This document shows positions 38,109 to 47,582 of a stretch of 64,000 nucleotides of DNA, piece after piece. The number at the start of each line of letters is the position of its first letter. The stretch's first letter is position 1. The DNA is from Longimicrobiales bacterium. GTDB taxonomy: Bacteria; Gemmatimonadota; Gemmatimonadetes; Longimicrobiales; Gaopeijiaceae. A model generated the notes under the pieces. It was not told the DNA's origin. It saw only the letters and a program-made list of their open reading frames with translations, and made no database searches. Both the position numbers and the translations under genes were made by a program. The stretch is from contig JAWLHJ010000007.1 of NCBI GenBank assembly GCA_041690395.1, forward strand, positions 147,895 through 211,894. The letters are read 5' to 3'.

Positions 38109-39509
38109 ATGGAGTTCATCACTGGAAAGCGACTCGAGCGCCGGACGTTCCTCAAGGGAATGGGTGCGAGCGTGGCGCTCCCGTTCCTCGACGCCATGGT
38201 GCCGGCGGGGAAGACGGTGGCGGAAGGGCGGGCCACCCGGTTCGTCGCCATCGAGCTCGTGCATGGCGCGGCCGGATGCAACGAATGGGGAGCGACCCAG
38301 AATCTCTGGGCCCCCGCGGAGGTCGGACGCGATTTCGACCTGGCACCGAGCTCGCTCAGCCCGCTGGATCCCTGGCGCGAGCATCTGACGATCATCAGCA
38401 ACACGGACGTCCGGATGGCCGAGGCCTTCGCGCCGGGAGAGATCGGGGCCGACCACTTCCGCTCGAGCGCCGTGTTCCTCACCCAGGCGCATCCCAAGCA
38501 GACGCGCGGTTCGGACGTCTTCGTGGGGACGTCGATGGACCAGATCTACGCGCAGCGCTTCGGGCAGGACACGCCGATTCCCTCCATGCAGCTCTGCATC
38601 GAGAACGTCGACCAGTCGGGTGGGTGCGCATACGGGTACTCCTGCGTCTACACCGACTCGATCAGCTGGGCTTCTCCCGACGAGCCGCTGCCGCTCATCC
38701 GTGACCCGCGCGTCGCCTTCGAGATGCTGTTCGGCGCGGGCGCGACCCCCGAAGAGCGGGCGCGCCGTCGTCGCACGAACCGCAGCATCCTCGACTGGAT
38801 CGGCGACGAGATCTCGTTCCTGCGGAAGGATCTCGGCCCGGTCGACCACCGACGGCTCGAGCGGTACCTCGAGAACGTGCGTGAGCTCGAGCGCCGGATT
38901 CAGAGCGTCGAGGCACAGAACGAGAGCGGCGAGGCACGGGAGCTTCCAGGCGCCCCGGCAGGGGTCCCGGACTCCTTCGAGGAGCACATGCGCCTCATGT
39001 TCGACCTCCAGGCGCTCGCCTTCGCCTCCGACATGACGCGCGTGTTCTCGTTCAAGCCCGGGCGCGACGCGTCTTCGCGGGTGTACCCCGAGAGTGGGAC
39101 CGACCGGCCGTTCCACCCCGCTTCGCATCATGGCGGCCGCGAGGAGGCAATCCTCGATTTCGCCAAGATCAACAAGTACCACGTGGGGATGCTGCCCTAC
39201 TTCCTCGAGAAGCTGCGCGATCTCGACGAAGGCGGGACGAGCATGCTCGACAAGACGATGATCGTCTTCGGCTCTCCGATGGCCGACGGGAACGTTCATA
39301 ATCATCGGCGCTGCCCTCTCGTCGTGCTCGGGAAGGCCGCCGGCCGCCTCGAGGGCAACCTCCACGTGAGGGCCCCCGACGGAACGCCGATGGCGAACGT
39401 CATGCTGAGCCTCATGCACGAGCTCGGAATGGACGACCTGGACAGCTTCGGCGACAGCACCGGGGAATTCACCTTGCGGCTCCCTTCCACGTCGGGGAAG
39501 CGAGGTTGA
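38109..39509 (+). CDS. DUF1552 domain protein
   Basis: RRTFLKGMGASVALPFLDAM, TSMDQ, YSCVYTDSISW, ELERRIQ, FGDSTG; AGGAG SD. Confidence 0.92.
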   Translation: MEFITGKRLERRTFLKGMGASVALPFLDAMVPAGKTVAEGRATRFVAIELVHGAAGCNEWGATQNLWAPAEVGRDFDLAPSSLSPLDPWREHLTIISNTDVRMAEAFAPGEIGADHFRSSAVFLTQAHPKQTRGSDVFVGTSMDQIYAQRFGQDTPIPSMQLCIENVDQSGGCAYGYSCVYTDSISWASPDEPLPLIRDPRVAFEMLFGAGATPEERARRRRTNRSILDWIGDEISFLRKDLGPVDHRRLERYLENVRELERRIQSVEAQNESGEARELPGAPAGVPDSFEEHMRLMFDLQALAFASDMTRVFSFKPGRDASSRVYPESGTDRPFHPASHHGGREEAILDFAKINKYHVGMLPYFLEKLRDLDEGGTSMLDKTMIVFGSPMADGNVHNHRRCPLVVLGKAAGRLEGNLHVRAPDGTPMANVMLSLMHELGMDDLDSFGDSTGEFTLRLPSTSGKRG

Positions 39510-39510
39510 G

Positions 39511-41298
39511 GTGAGCGCCCCGACCAGGACCCGAGGCCGCGGGCTGCTGCCGCTGCTGGTCGCCCTCGTACTTTCGGGCTCCGCCCCGCCGGAGGCGCCC
39601 GTCGCGGATGCGGCCATGAGGGGAGACGTCGATCGCGTCAGCGCCTTGCTCCGGTCCGGTGCGGACGTCGACGCCGCCCAGGGGGACGGCATGACAGGCC
39701 TTCATTGGGCGGCCTATCGTGGGGAGCTTCGGCTGGCCGAGACGCTCCTCGCGGCGGGCGCGAATCCGGAGGCCGTGACTCGAAACGGTAGGTATACACC
39801 CCTCCACCTCGCCGCCCGCTACGGTTTTTCCGACGTGGTCGAGGCCCTGCTCGCGGCGGCTGCGGACGTGGAGGTCGAGACATCCACGGGAGCCACCCGC
39901 CCGCTTCATCTCGCGGCCGCTTCGGGGCGGGAGGCTGCGGTGCGCGCGTTGCTGGAGAGGGGTGCGGAGGTCGACGCTCGTGAGGAAGGGTGGGGGCAGA
40001 CCCCGCTCATGTTCGCCGCGGCGGCCGGGCGGACCGACGTCGTGCGCGCCCTTCTCGAGCACGGCGCGGATGCAGCGCTGAACACCCGTGTGATCGACAT
40101 CCCGACGATGGAAGCGGTGGACCGCACGGCCGGTCAGGCTCGGACGGAGGCCCTCGAGGCGTTTCGAGCAGAGGCCGACGACGAAGGCTCCTGGCGACCG
40201 GACCCGGACCAGGTGCGTGCCGCCGTTCGAGCGGCCCGGGAAGTGCAGGAGGCGAGCTCGATCTCCGACGAGGCTCCCGAGCGCGCCCTCGATGACGATG
40301 CGTTCGTCGGGTATACCGGCCTGGTGGGCGCGCAGGGTGGCCTCACGGCGCTCCTCCACGCCGTCCGCGAGGGCCACACGGAAACCGCGCTCGCATTGTT
40401 GGACGGAGGCGCCGATATCGATCAGCGTAGCGCCGGGGACGGCACCCCGCCGCTGCTCATGGCGACCATCAACGGTCACTTCGACCTTGCGCTGGAACTG
40501 CTCCACCGGGGCGCCGATCCGAATCTCGCGAGCAAGGCTGGCGCGACCGCGCTCTATACGGCGCTCAACACCCAGTGGGCTCCGAAGGCCCGGTACCCGC
40601 AGCAGCAGGCGTACCAGCAGCAGCGCGCCAGCTATCTGGACGTCATGCAGGCCCTGCTCGACGCGGGGGCGGACCCCGACGCCCGCCTCGATCAGCACCT
40701 ATGGTACATGTCGTACACCTTCGACCTGCTCGGCATCAATGCCGCGGGCTCGACCGCATTCTGGAGAGCGGCCTACGCGACGGACGTGGATGCCATGCGG
40801 CTGCTGGTCGCCCACGGAGCGAACCCGAACATCCCGACCAGAAAGCCGCCGGAGAGACGGCGAGGCGGTGGAGGTGCTGCGGAGGGCCCCGACCCGTCCG
40901 GGCTGGCGCCGGTTCCCGTGGGCGGTCCCGGCGTCTGGCCCATCCACGCGGCTGCAGGGGTCGGCTATGGTCAGGGCTACGCCGGCAACGCGCACCGACA
41001 CGTGCCGGATGGATGGCTGCCGTCCATGCGGTATCTCGTGGAAGAGCTAGGCGTCGATGTGAACGCCCGAGACCATGAAGGCTACAACGCGGTTCATCAT
41101 GCGGCGGCCCGGGGAGACGACGAGATGATCGCGTTCCTCGTGGAGCATGGCGCGGATGTCACCGCGGTGAGCAGGCTGGGGCAGACGACCGTCGACATGG
41201 CCAACGGCCCGGTCCAGAGGATCCAGCCGTTCCCGTCGACAGTGGCGCTTCTGGAGAGGTTGGGGGCGAAGAACAACCACAATTGTGTGTCCTGCTGA
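39511..41298 (+). CDS. Secreted ankyrin-repeat protein
   Basis: Signal peptide; many ankyrin repeats (GMTGLHWAA, YTPLHLAA, GQTPLMFAA); C-terminal NNHNCVSC. Confidence 0.92.
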   Translation: MSAPTRTRGRGLLPLLVALVLSGSAPPEAPVADAAMRGDVDRVSALLRSGADVDAAQGDGMTGLHWAAYRGELRLAETLLAAGANPEAVTRNGRYTPLHLAARYGFSDVVEALLAAAADVEVETSTGATRPLHLAAASGREAAVRALLERGAEVDAREEGWGQTPLMFAAAAGRTDVVRALLEHGADAALNTRVIDIPTMEAVDRTAGQARTEALEAFRAEADDEGSWRPDPDQVRAAVRAAREVQEASSISDEAPERALDDDAFVGYTGLVGAQGGLTALLHAVREGHTETALALLDGGADIDQRSAGDGTPPLLMATINGHFDLALELLHRGADPNLASKAGATALYTALNTQWAPKARYPQQQAYQQQRASYLDVMQALLDAGADPDARLDQHLWYMSYTFDLLGINAAGSTAFWRAAYATDVDAMRLLVAHGANPNIPTRKPPERRRGGGGAAEGPDPSGLAPVPVGGPGVWPIHAAAGVGYGQGYAGNAHRHVPDGWLPSMRYLVEELGVDVNARDHEGYNAVHHAAARGDDEMIAFLVEHGADVTAVSRLGQTTVDMANGPVQRIQPFPSTVALLERLGAKNNHNCVSC

Positions 41299-41355
41299 TG
41301 CGGCCCGGGTGCGACCCGCTCCCGGTGATGACCCCGCTGCTCTCGATCTTGCACC

Positions 41356-41730
41356 TTAGTCCACCTTCGGGTCCGGCGGCTTCCTGAGCTTCTTCTTCCG
41401 GCTCCTGCGGCGCTTGTTCTCCACGCGCTTCCGCTTCTCACGGGCCGGGACCTTGGTCTCCTTCCGCTCCTCCGGCACCCGGTTGTGCTCGACGAGCGCC
41501 TCGCGCAGCCGCTCGAGCGCCTTCCGCCGGTTCCTGTGCTGGCTGCGCTCCTCGCGGGCCACCACCTGGATGCCCGTCGGGCCGTGCGTCAGCCGAACGG
41601 CGGATTCCGTGCGGTTCTGATGCTGCCCACCGGGGCCTCCCGCCGCGAAGGTCTCCACGCGGCATTCGGCCAGGAGCTGGTCGTCATCTTCCGGAATATC
41701 GACGGGTGCTGCCTGATCGGGCTCGGTCAT
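41356..41730 (-). CDS. Short release-factor (RF-1 domain) peptidyl-tRNA hydrolase-like protein
   Basis: GGPGGQHQNRTESAVRLTH, RSQHRNR, very basic C-terminal tail; 124 aa. Confidence 0.88.
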   Translation of the reverse strand: MTEPDQAAPVDIPEDDDQLLAECRVETFAAGGPGGQHQNRTESAVRLTHGPTGIQVVAREERSQHRNRRKALERLREALVEHNRVPEERKETKVPAREKRKRVENKRRRSRKKKLRKPPDPKVD

Positions 41731-41798
41731 GTATGGAACTCGTGGGGGCTTCTAGGTACTGTTTCCGGCGCGCAACCTTCACCGCCACCGAGCCGCGG

Positions 41799-42881
41799 AT
41801 GATCTACGACCGGTCCGACCAGAACCCGGGAGCGAACCTCCTGTTCATGCTGGCATGCCTGGTCGTCGTCGTCTATGGCATGCGCTTCGCGGCCCCGATC
41901 CTGCTCCCGTCGGCGCTCGCTCTCTTCCTGACCGTGCTGAGCCTTCCGGTCATGCTGTGGCTACGGGAGCGCCGTGTTCCGGCCTGGATCGCGATCGTCT
42001 TGACGGTGCTCCTGAACGTAGGGCTGATCGGGCTCCTGGTCACGATCGTGAGCCAGTCGGTCTCCGAGCTCCAGGCGCAGCTCCCGCGCTACATCCAGCT
42101 GTTCCAGGAGCTGCAGGTCTCCTGGTACAACATGATCGAGTCGCGCACGGACATCGTGGTGTCACAGTACCTGACCACGGACCTCGTCGACCCGCTCGCG
42201 TTCATCGACTTCGCCCGCGGCGCGGTCGGCCGTGTGGCCCAGTTCGTGTCCATGACCTTCCTCGTGTTCCTGATCATGGCGTTCATGCTGAGCGAAGCCA
42301 TGGTCTTTCCGGCCAAGTTCCGCTTCATCGCCGGGCCCGCCACGAAGAACGAGGATCGTCTGGAGAAGGTCGTGACCGAGGTCCAGACCTACCTCGGCAT
42401 CAAGACGGTCGTCTCCGTGGCGACCGGCCTGCTGCTCGGGACCTGGGCCTGGTTCATGGATCTCGATTTCCCGATTCTGCTCGGGCTGATCGCGTTCCTT
42501 CTGAACTACGTGCCTACGGTCGGGTCGATCCTGGCGGCGGTGCCGGCCCTCTTCCTGAGCCTGATCCTGGTCGGGACGGTCGCCCATGCCGTGCTGGTGG
42601 TCCTCGGGTACGTCGTCGTGAACACGCTCTTCGGCAACATCCTGGAGCCCAGCCTCATGGGGCGCCGCCTGGGGCTTTCGACCCTGGTCGTCATCCTGTC
42701 GCTGCTCTTCTGGGGATGGGCGTGGGGCCCCCTCGGCGCGCTCCTGTCGGTGCCGCTCACCGTGGTCGTGAAGATCTGGCTGGAGAACACCAAGGACCTC
42801 CGGTGGGTAGCCGTACTTCTCGACAAGACACCGCCACCGGACCCGGTCGACGTTCCGGAACCCGCAGCCGAGGTAGGCTGA
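41799..42881 (+). CDS. AI-2E family transporter
   Basis: YLGIKT, LNYVPTVGS, GNILEPSLMGRRLGLS, WGPLGALLSVPLT. Confidence 0.93.
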   Translation: MIYDRSDQNPGANLLFMLACLVVVVYGMRFAAPILLPSALALFLTVLSLPVMLWLRERRVPAWIAIVLTVLLNVGLIGLLVTIVSQSVSELQAQLPRYIQLFQELQVSWYNMIESRTDIVVSQYLTTDLVDPLAFIDFARGAVGRVAQFVSMTFLVFLIMAFMLSEAMVFPAKFRFIAGPATKNEDRLEKVVTEVQTYLGIKTVVSVATGLLLGTWAWFMDLDFPILLGLIAFLLNYVPTVGSILAAVPALFLSLILVGTVAHAVLVVLGYVVVNTLFGNILEPSLMGRRLGLSTLVVILSLLFWGWAWGPLGALLSVPLTVVVKIWLENTKDLRWVAVLLDKTPPPDPVDVPEPAAEVG

Positions 42882-42883
42882 CC

Positions 42884-43393
42884 ATGCCCCGAGTCCCATT
42901 CGACGCGCTCCCCGATCACGGCCGCCTCTGGGTGTTCCCCGTCTCGCGGCGGCTCCAGCCGGACGAGCGCGACCGCCTCCTCGCGGAGGTCGACGCCTTC
43001 CTCGGGAGCTGGGCGGCGCACGGACAGCCGCTCCAGTCCGCCCGCGACCTGGTCGAAGATCAGTTCCTGGTCATCGGCGTGGACGTCGACGCGGAAGCGC
43101 CGTCGGGGTGCTCGATCGATGCCCTGGTGCGGCGGCTCGGGGGCGTGGCCGACGCGCTCGGCATCACGCTCCACGATCAGACCTCGGTTCGCTACCGGGC
43201 CGGAGACGAGATCCGGACCGCGTCGCGGGCCGAGTTCCGCGCGGCGGCGAAGCAGGGTGAGGTCGGCCCGGACGTGCGGGTGTTCGACACGACGCTCGTG
43301 AAGGTCGAGCAGTTGCGTGCCGGAGCGCTCGAGGCGCCCGCCTCACGCACCTGGCACGGGCGGGCGTTCTTCAGGGAGCAGTTGCAGGACTGA
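42884..43393 (+). CDS. Conserved hypothetical protein (WAAHG / SGCSID motifs)
   Basis: ATG 2 nt after AI-2E stop; good codon bias; globular 169 aa. Confidence 0.75.
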   Translation: MPRVPFDALPDHGRLWVFPVSRRLQPDERDRLLAEVDAFLGSWAAHGQPLQSARDLVEDQFLVIGVDVDAEAPSGCSIDALVRRLGGVADALGITLHDQTSVRYRAGDEIRTASRAEFRAAAKQGEVGPDVRVFDTTLVKVEQLRAGALEAPASRTWHGRAFFREQLQD

Positions 43394-44426
43394 GTCGGGC
43401 GGCCAGGAAGTCGGCGGTCAGCTCGTCGGCCCAGAAGCGAGGACGCCAGGGCGTGCCCTGCAGGAAGCCCACGTGCCCTCCGACGGGTTCGAGGCTCATC
43501 TCCAGCCGGGGGTTGGCGGCGGCCTCGTCGGTCGGGATCGACGCCCGCGGGAGGAACGGATCGTCCTCTGCGTGGATCAACAGTGTCTGTACCCCTACCG
43601 ACGACAGGTAGCCGACGCTGCTCGATGCGGAGTAGTAGTGCTCCGCGCTGTCGAAGCCGTGGAGCGGGGCCGTGAGCAGGTCGTCGAAGCGGCGGAGCGT
43701 TCCCGCGCCGTAGACCGCGCTCAGGTCGACGCGCCCGGACAGGCGACCATCCTTCATGCGGACCTTCCGCTTGAGCGACCGAAGGAAGTACTCGGTGTAC
43801 GCGCGGCCCATCCGGGTCTGCTCCAGGAGCTCGCACCCGGCCGCGAGGTCGTAGGGCACCGACATCGCGACGGCCGCGTCCAGGAGTCCACGACCCCCGT
43901 CCGGTCGCTCGCCCATGAGCTTCAGCAGGACGTTTCCACCCAGCGAGAAGCCGACGGCCCCGATGGGTCGTCCGGGGTACCGGGCACGCACCAACTCGAG
44001 GACGTGCGCCGGGTCGGCCGTGGCACCGGAGTGGTAGAAGCCGTCGGCACGGTTCGGCTCACCGCTGCAGCCACGGAAGTTCAGCGCAGCGGGCCACAAC
44101 CCCCGGGCGGCGAGCTCGGCGCACACGTTGCGGACGTACCCGCGGCTCGAGCACCCCTCGAGCCCATGGAGGACGAGGACGATGGGCGCTCCGGCGCTCG
44201 GCTCCGGCGCCCAATCGAGATCGACGAAGTCACCATCGGGCGTCGTCACTCGTTCGCGGGTGTACGGAAGCGCGGGTGGGGCCCTGAGGACGCGGGCGAC
44301 GAGCGTTTGCAGATGCGGGCCCGGCGCCCATGGTGACGCACGGAACGACCCTGCTGAAAACGGGCTCGGACGCCGGTCCGTAGACGGCGCGAGGGGAGCT
44401 TTCTGCTGTTGCTGTGAAGAGGTCAT
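43371..44426 (-). CDS. YheT-family alpha/beta hydrolase
   Basis: PHLQT, DGDFVDLDW, HGLEG, NFRGCSG, GFSLGGN, AEDDPF, GGHVGF; start uncertain. Confidence 0.9.
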   Translation of the reverse strand: MTSSQQQQKAPLAPSTDRRPSPFSAGSFRASPWAPGPHLQTLVARVLRAPPALPYTRERVTTPDGDFVDLDWAPEPSAGAPIVLVLHGLEGCSSRGYVRNVCAELAARGLWPAALNFRGCSGEPNRADGFYHSGATADPAHVLELVRARYPGRPIGAVGFSLGGNVLLKLMGERPDGGRGLLDAAVAMSVPYDLAAGCELLEQTRMGRAYTEYFLRSLKRKVRMKDGRLSGRVDLSAVYGAGTLRRFDDLLTAPLHGFDSAEHYYSASSSVGYLSSVGVQTLLIHAEDDPFLPRASIPTDEAAANPRLEMSLEPVGGHVGFLQGTPWRPRFWADELTADFLAARLSPATAP

Positions 44427-44507
44427 GATTCGACCAAGGTAATCGAAACGGATCGCGCTCGACTGCCGTAGGGGAGGGCTCATGAGCGTCGACTCGACGG
44501 AGCGGGG

Positions 44508-46754
44508 ATGACCGATACGCAGGGAACGGGTGGCCGGCGGTGGATACGACGGCCGGGCCCGACACGAGGTCGCGCATGTGGGCGTGGGGTCACGGCTCTG
44601 GCGGCGTGGGCGATATGGCTCGCCGTCCCGGTCGAAGCGTCACAGATCCCGCTCGCGGAACCGGTGTACGCCGATCCGGGCGCGCGCGACCTGCACCGGG
44701 CGGCCATGGCCTATCACGGTGCGCACGTCGATCGGTTGGCGGCCTACGAGGCGACCATCCAGCAGCGGATCGGCGTGCGGCTGCGCATGCCGCTGAAGGA
44801 CCGCATGCTGTACCGGGCCGAGACTGCACACCGGGTGACCTGGGGTCGCTCCGGGCCGGTCGTCATCGAGGCGCTGGGCGTGAGGGAACAGGCGGTGGGC
44901 CGGGTGGAGGACGAGGACGTCGATCACGGCCTGATCGACCACTACTACGACCCCGCGAAGGATCGTCTGCTGCTCGGGGAGCGCGAGCCCGGCGAGCCGT
45001 CGGATCCCGACGACTTCTCCATCGAGCACCCACTCGAGGCCCAGGGGGCCGGGAGCTACCAGTTCGGCTCCGGGGACACGCTCACGGTCGCGCTCCCGAG
45101 CGGAGCCCGGATCCGGGCCGTCGAGCTCCGGATGACCCCGCATCTGCGTCACCCGACCCGCCTGTCGGGCTCGCTCTGGATCGATCCCGAGACGGGAGCG
45201 CTGGTGCGTGCCGCCTACCGCTTGTCGGATCAGCTCGATGCAGTGCGCGACATCGAGGATCTCCGCGAGGAAGACGCCCGGGGTGAGTTCCGGTGGGTCC
45301 CGGGGCTCTTCAAGCCCTGGACGTTCGAAGCATCGCTCATCACGGTCGACTACGCGCTCTGGGAAGGCGATGTCTGGGTGCCGCGCCGGTGGCGCGCCGA
45401 AGGGATCATGAAGGCGGGCGTGCTCGAGGTGCCGGGCGAGCTGGAGCGCTCCTACCGGTTCTCGTGGGTGACCGCGGTTCCCCGGGAAGGCGAGGCCCCG
45501 GTCGTCGGTGGGGCCGATCCCCTGGACGACGTTCCGGAGGGATACCGGGTCCTCACGCAGGATCGACAGCGCGGCGGCCGGGACATCCACCTGCTCGTGC
45601 CGCGCGACGAGGACGTGCTGCGGGACAGCCCCGATCTCCCGCCGCCCATCTGGGAGGAGGCCCCGGGCTTCCTCGACGATTCCGAGGTCGCCGAGCTCAG
45701 GGCAGGGCTCGATCGCCTCCCGACCGCTCCCGCGCAGAGCCTTCCGCGCTCCTTCCGATGGGGTTTCCAGCGCCCGGACCTGGTGCGTTACAACCGGGTG
45801 GAGGAGCTCTCCGTCGGAGCCCGGGGGGCGATCATGCCGAACGTCGCGGGGCATCCGCTGTCGCTTGCGGCCACGGTGCGGCTGGGAACGGGCGATCTGC
45901 ACCCGAGCGCGCGTCTGGACCTGACCCGTGCGTCGCTCCTCCGGACCGTGTCCTTGAGCGCCTACCACGAGCTGGCCTCCACCGACGAAACGGCTCGCCA
46001 TCTGGGGTTCGGGAACTCGCTGATGGCGCTCGTCGCGGGCAGGGACGACGGCGATTACTACCGACGCACCGGGGCCGGGTTGGCGCTCGGGCCTCCTGCG
46101 CAGCGGCGCCCGCTGTACCGGATCACCGCGCACTCGGAGTACCACGACGCGGTCGCCCCGGAGACGAGGGTCTCGATGGCGCGCCTCTGGAGCCCGGAGA
46201 GTTGGACGTTCCGGCCCAACGTCGTGGCCGCGGAGGGGTGGGAGCACGCGTTCACCGCGACCCTCACGCCATCGGTCGGCACGGACCCGACCGGCGTGCA
46301 GGCGGGGCTCGTCGTCTCGGCCACCGGTGCCGTCGGGGACCTCGGGCACGCGAGGGGCTCGGTCGCCGGGCGGCTCGCGGTACCCATGGGCGACCGGTTT
46401 CGCCTCGGGATCTCGGCCGCGGGTGGTGTGGCGACAACAGACGTCCCGGAGCAGCGTGCGTTCGCGGTCGGAGGGCCCGCGAGCCTGCGGGGATACGAGC
46501 CGCGAACACTCACCGGCCCGTGCTCGGTCCGCTCCACTCTGGAGCTTCAGCGCGCGTTCGCGTTCGGGGGTGTCTCGCTCTTCGCGGATGCGGGGTGGGC
46601 CGGAGCGTGCTCCGAGCTCACCGCGGATCGCGCCCTGCGGTCGGTGGGCATCGGCCTCTCGCTCGTGGACGGGCTCATCCGGGCCGACCTGGCCCGGGGG
46701 CTCGACGGGACGCGGCCGCTCCGCTTCGACCTGTACCTCGATGGAGCGTTCTGA
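44508..46754 (+). CDS. Outer membrane protein with C-terminal Omp85-like beta-barrel
   Basis: Signal peptide; RYNRVEEL, GGPASLRGY, LFADAGW, SVGIGLS; terminal Phe. Confidence 0.7.
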   Translation: MTDTQGTGGRRWIRRPGPTRGRACGRGVTALAAWAIWLAVPVEASQIPLAEPVYADPGARDLHRAAMAYHGAHVDRLAAYEATIQQRIGVRLRMPLKDRMLYRAETAHRVTWGRSGPVVIEALGVREQAVGRVEDEDVDHGLIDHYYDPAKDRLLLGEREPGEPSDPDDFSIEHPLEAQGAGSYQFGSGDTLTVALPSGARIRAVELRMTPHLRHPTRLSGSLWIDPETGALVRAAYRLSDQLDAVRDIEDLREEDARGEFRWVPGLFKPWTFEASLITVDYALWEGDVWVPRRWRAEGIMKAGVLEVPGELERSYRFSWVTAVPREGEAPVVGGADPLDDVPEGYRVLTQDRQRGGRDIHLLVPRDEDVLRDSPDLPPPIWEEAPGFLDDSEVAELRAGLDRLPTAPAQSLPRSFRWGFQRPDLVRYNRVEELSVGARGAIMPNVAGHPLSLAATVRLGTGDLHPSARLDLTRASLLRTVSLSAYHELASTDETARHLGFGNSLMALVAGRDDGDYYRRTGAGLALGPPAQRRPLYRITAHSEYHDAVAPETRVSMARLWSPESWTFRPNVVAAEGWEHAFTATLTPSVGTDPTGVQAGLVVSATGAVGDLGHARGSVAGRLAVPMGDRFRLGISAAGGVATTDVPEQRAFAVGGPASLRGYEPRTLTGPCSVRSTLELQRAFAFGGVSLFADAGWAGACSELTADRALRSVGIGLSLVDGLIRADLARGLDGTRPLRFDLYLDGAF

Positions 46755-46879
46755 TCGGCCGGTCCTCGTTGAGCCCCGCGTGGCGTCTTCTCTGTACTAC
46801 CTCACGGAAGGGTCATCCCCGAAAACCGATTGCACCAAATCGTACTAAACACCGTTACACGCTTTAAGCTTATCTTCCA

Positions 46880-46915
46880 TTGACCGATCTGGGGCACTTG
46901 TTTACAGTGTTCACC
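46880..46915 (+). promoter_or_regulatory. Sigma70 promoter with overlapping imperfect palindrome (candidate TetR operator); probably leaderless
   Basis: TTGACC(46880)-N17-TACAGT(46903); ATG 7 nt after -10; GTTTACAGTGTTCAC overlaps -10. Confidence 0.65.
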
Positions 46916-47563
46916 ATGTCTGATCAAAGAGAAACGATCCTTGCGCGCGCGTGTGACCTCTATCTGGCCGAAGGGCTCGACGGCTTCTCCATGCGGAAGC
47001 TCGCGAAGCTGGTCGGAGTCACGGCCCCGGCGCTCTATCGGCACTTCGAGAGCCGGGAGCACGTGCTGGTGGATGTCGTGCGCGAGGCCTACCGCGAGTT
47101 CAGCGGCTACCTCTACCGGGCCCTCGAGGGGCGCACCGCCGAGGAGCGTCTGGACAAGGCGGGAATGGGCTATCTGGAGTTCGCGCTCGAGCACCCACGT
47201 TGGTACCAGATGGTCTTCATCGCGCCGGAGCAGATCGGACAGACGGCGCTTCCGGACGACATCGAGACACAGGGGTGCGCCATCCACCAGTTCTGGGTCG
47301 ATCGACTCCGGGAGTGCGTGGATGCGGGGTTGCTCGAGCCGGACGACCCGATCCAGGTGAGCCTGACGATGTGGGCCCACGCGCACGGGCTGATCAAGCT
47401 GTACCAGCACGGGCACCTGCAGATGGACGAAGCGGCGTTCCGCGCGCTGTACCGGGCGTCCGGAGCGCGCATGATGATGGGAATCGCGACCGATGAATAT
47501 CGACACGAGATCGCCCGACGCATCCAGGCCGAGCAGGCCGAGGCTGCGCTCGCGAGCGGCTGA
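46916..47563 (+). CDS. TetR/AcrR-family regulator (WHG-type C-domain)
   Basis: FSMRKLAKLVGVTAPALYRHF HTH; WAHAHG. Confidence 0.93.
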   Translation: MSDQRETILARACDLYLAEGLDGFSMRKLAKLVGVTAPALYRHFESREHVLVDVVREAYREFSGYLYRALEGRTAEERLDKAGMGYLEFALEHPRWYQMVFIAPEQIGQTALPDDIETQGCAIHQFWVDRLRECVDAGLLEPDDPIQVSLTMWAHAHGLIKLYQHGHLQMDEAAFRALYRASGARMMMGIATDEYRHEIARRIQAEQAEAALASG

Positions 47564-47582
47564 ACATAGGCGGAGGAAGAGG

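Noticed and set aside
31350..41350. Active integrative element or prophage at the tRNA
   Set aside because: No integrase, transposase or phage genes, and no att duplication seen
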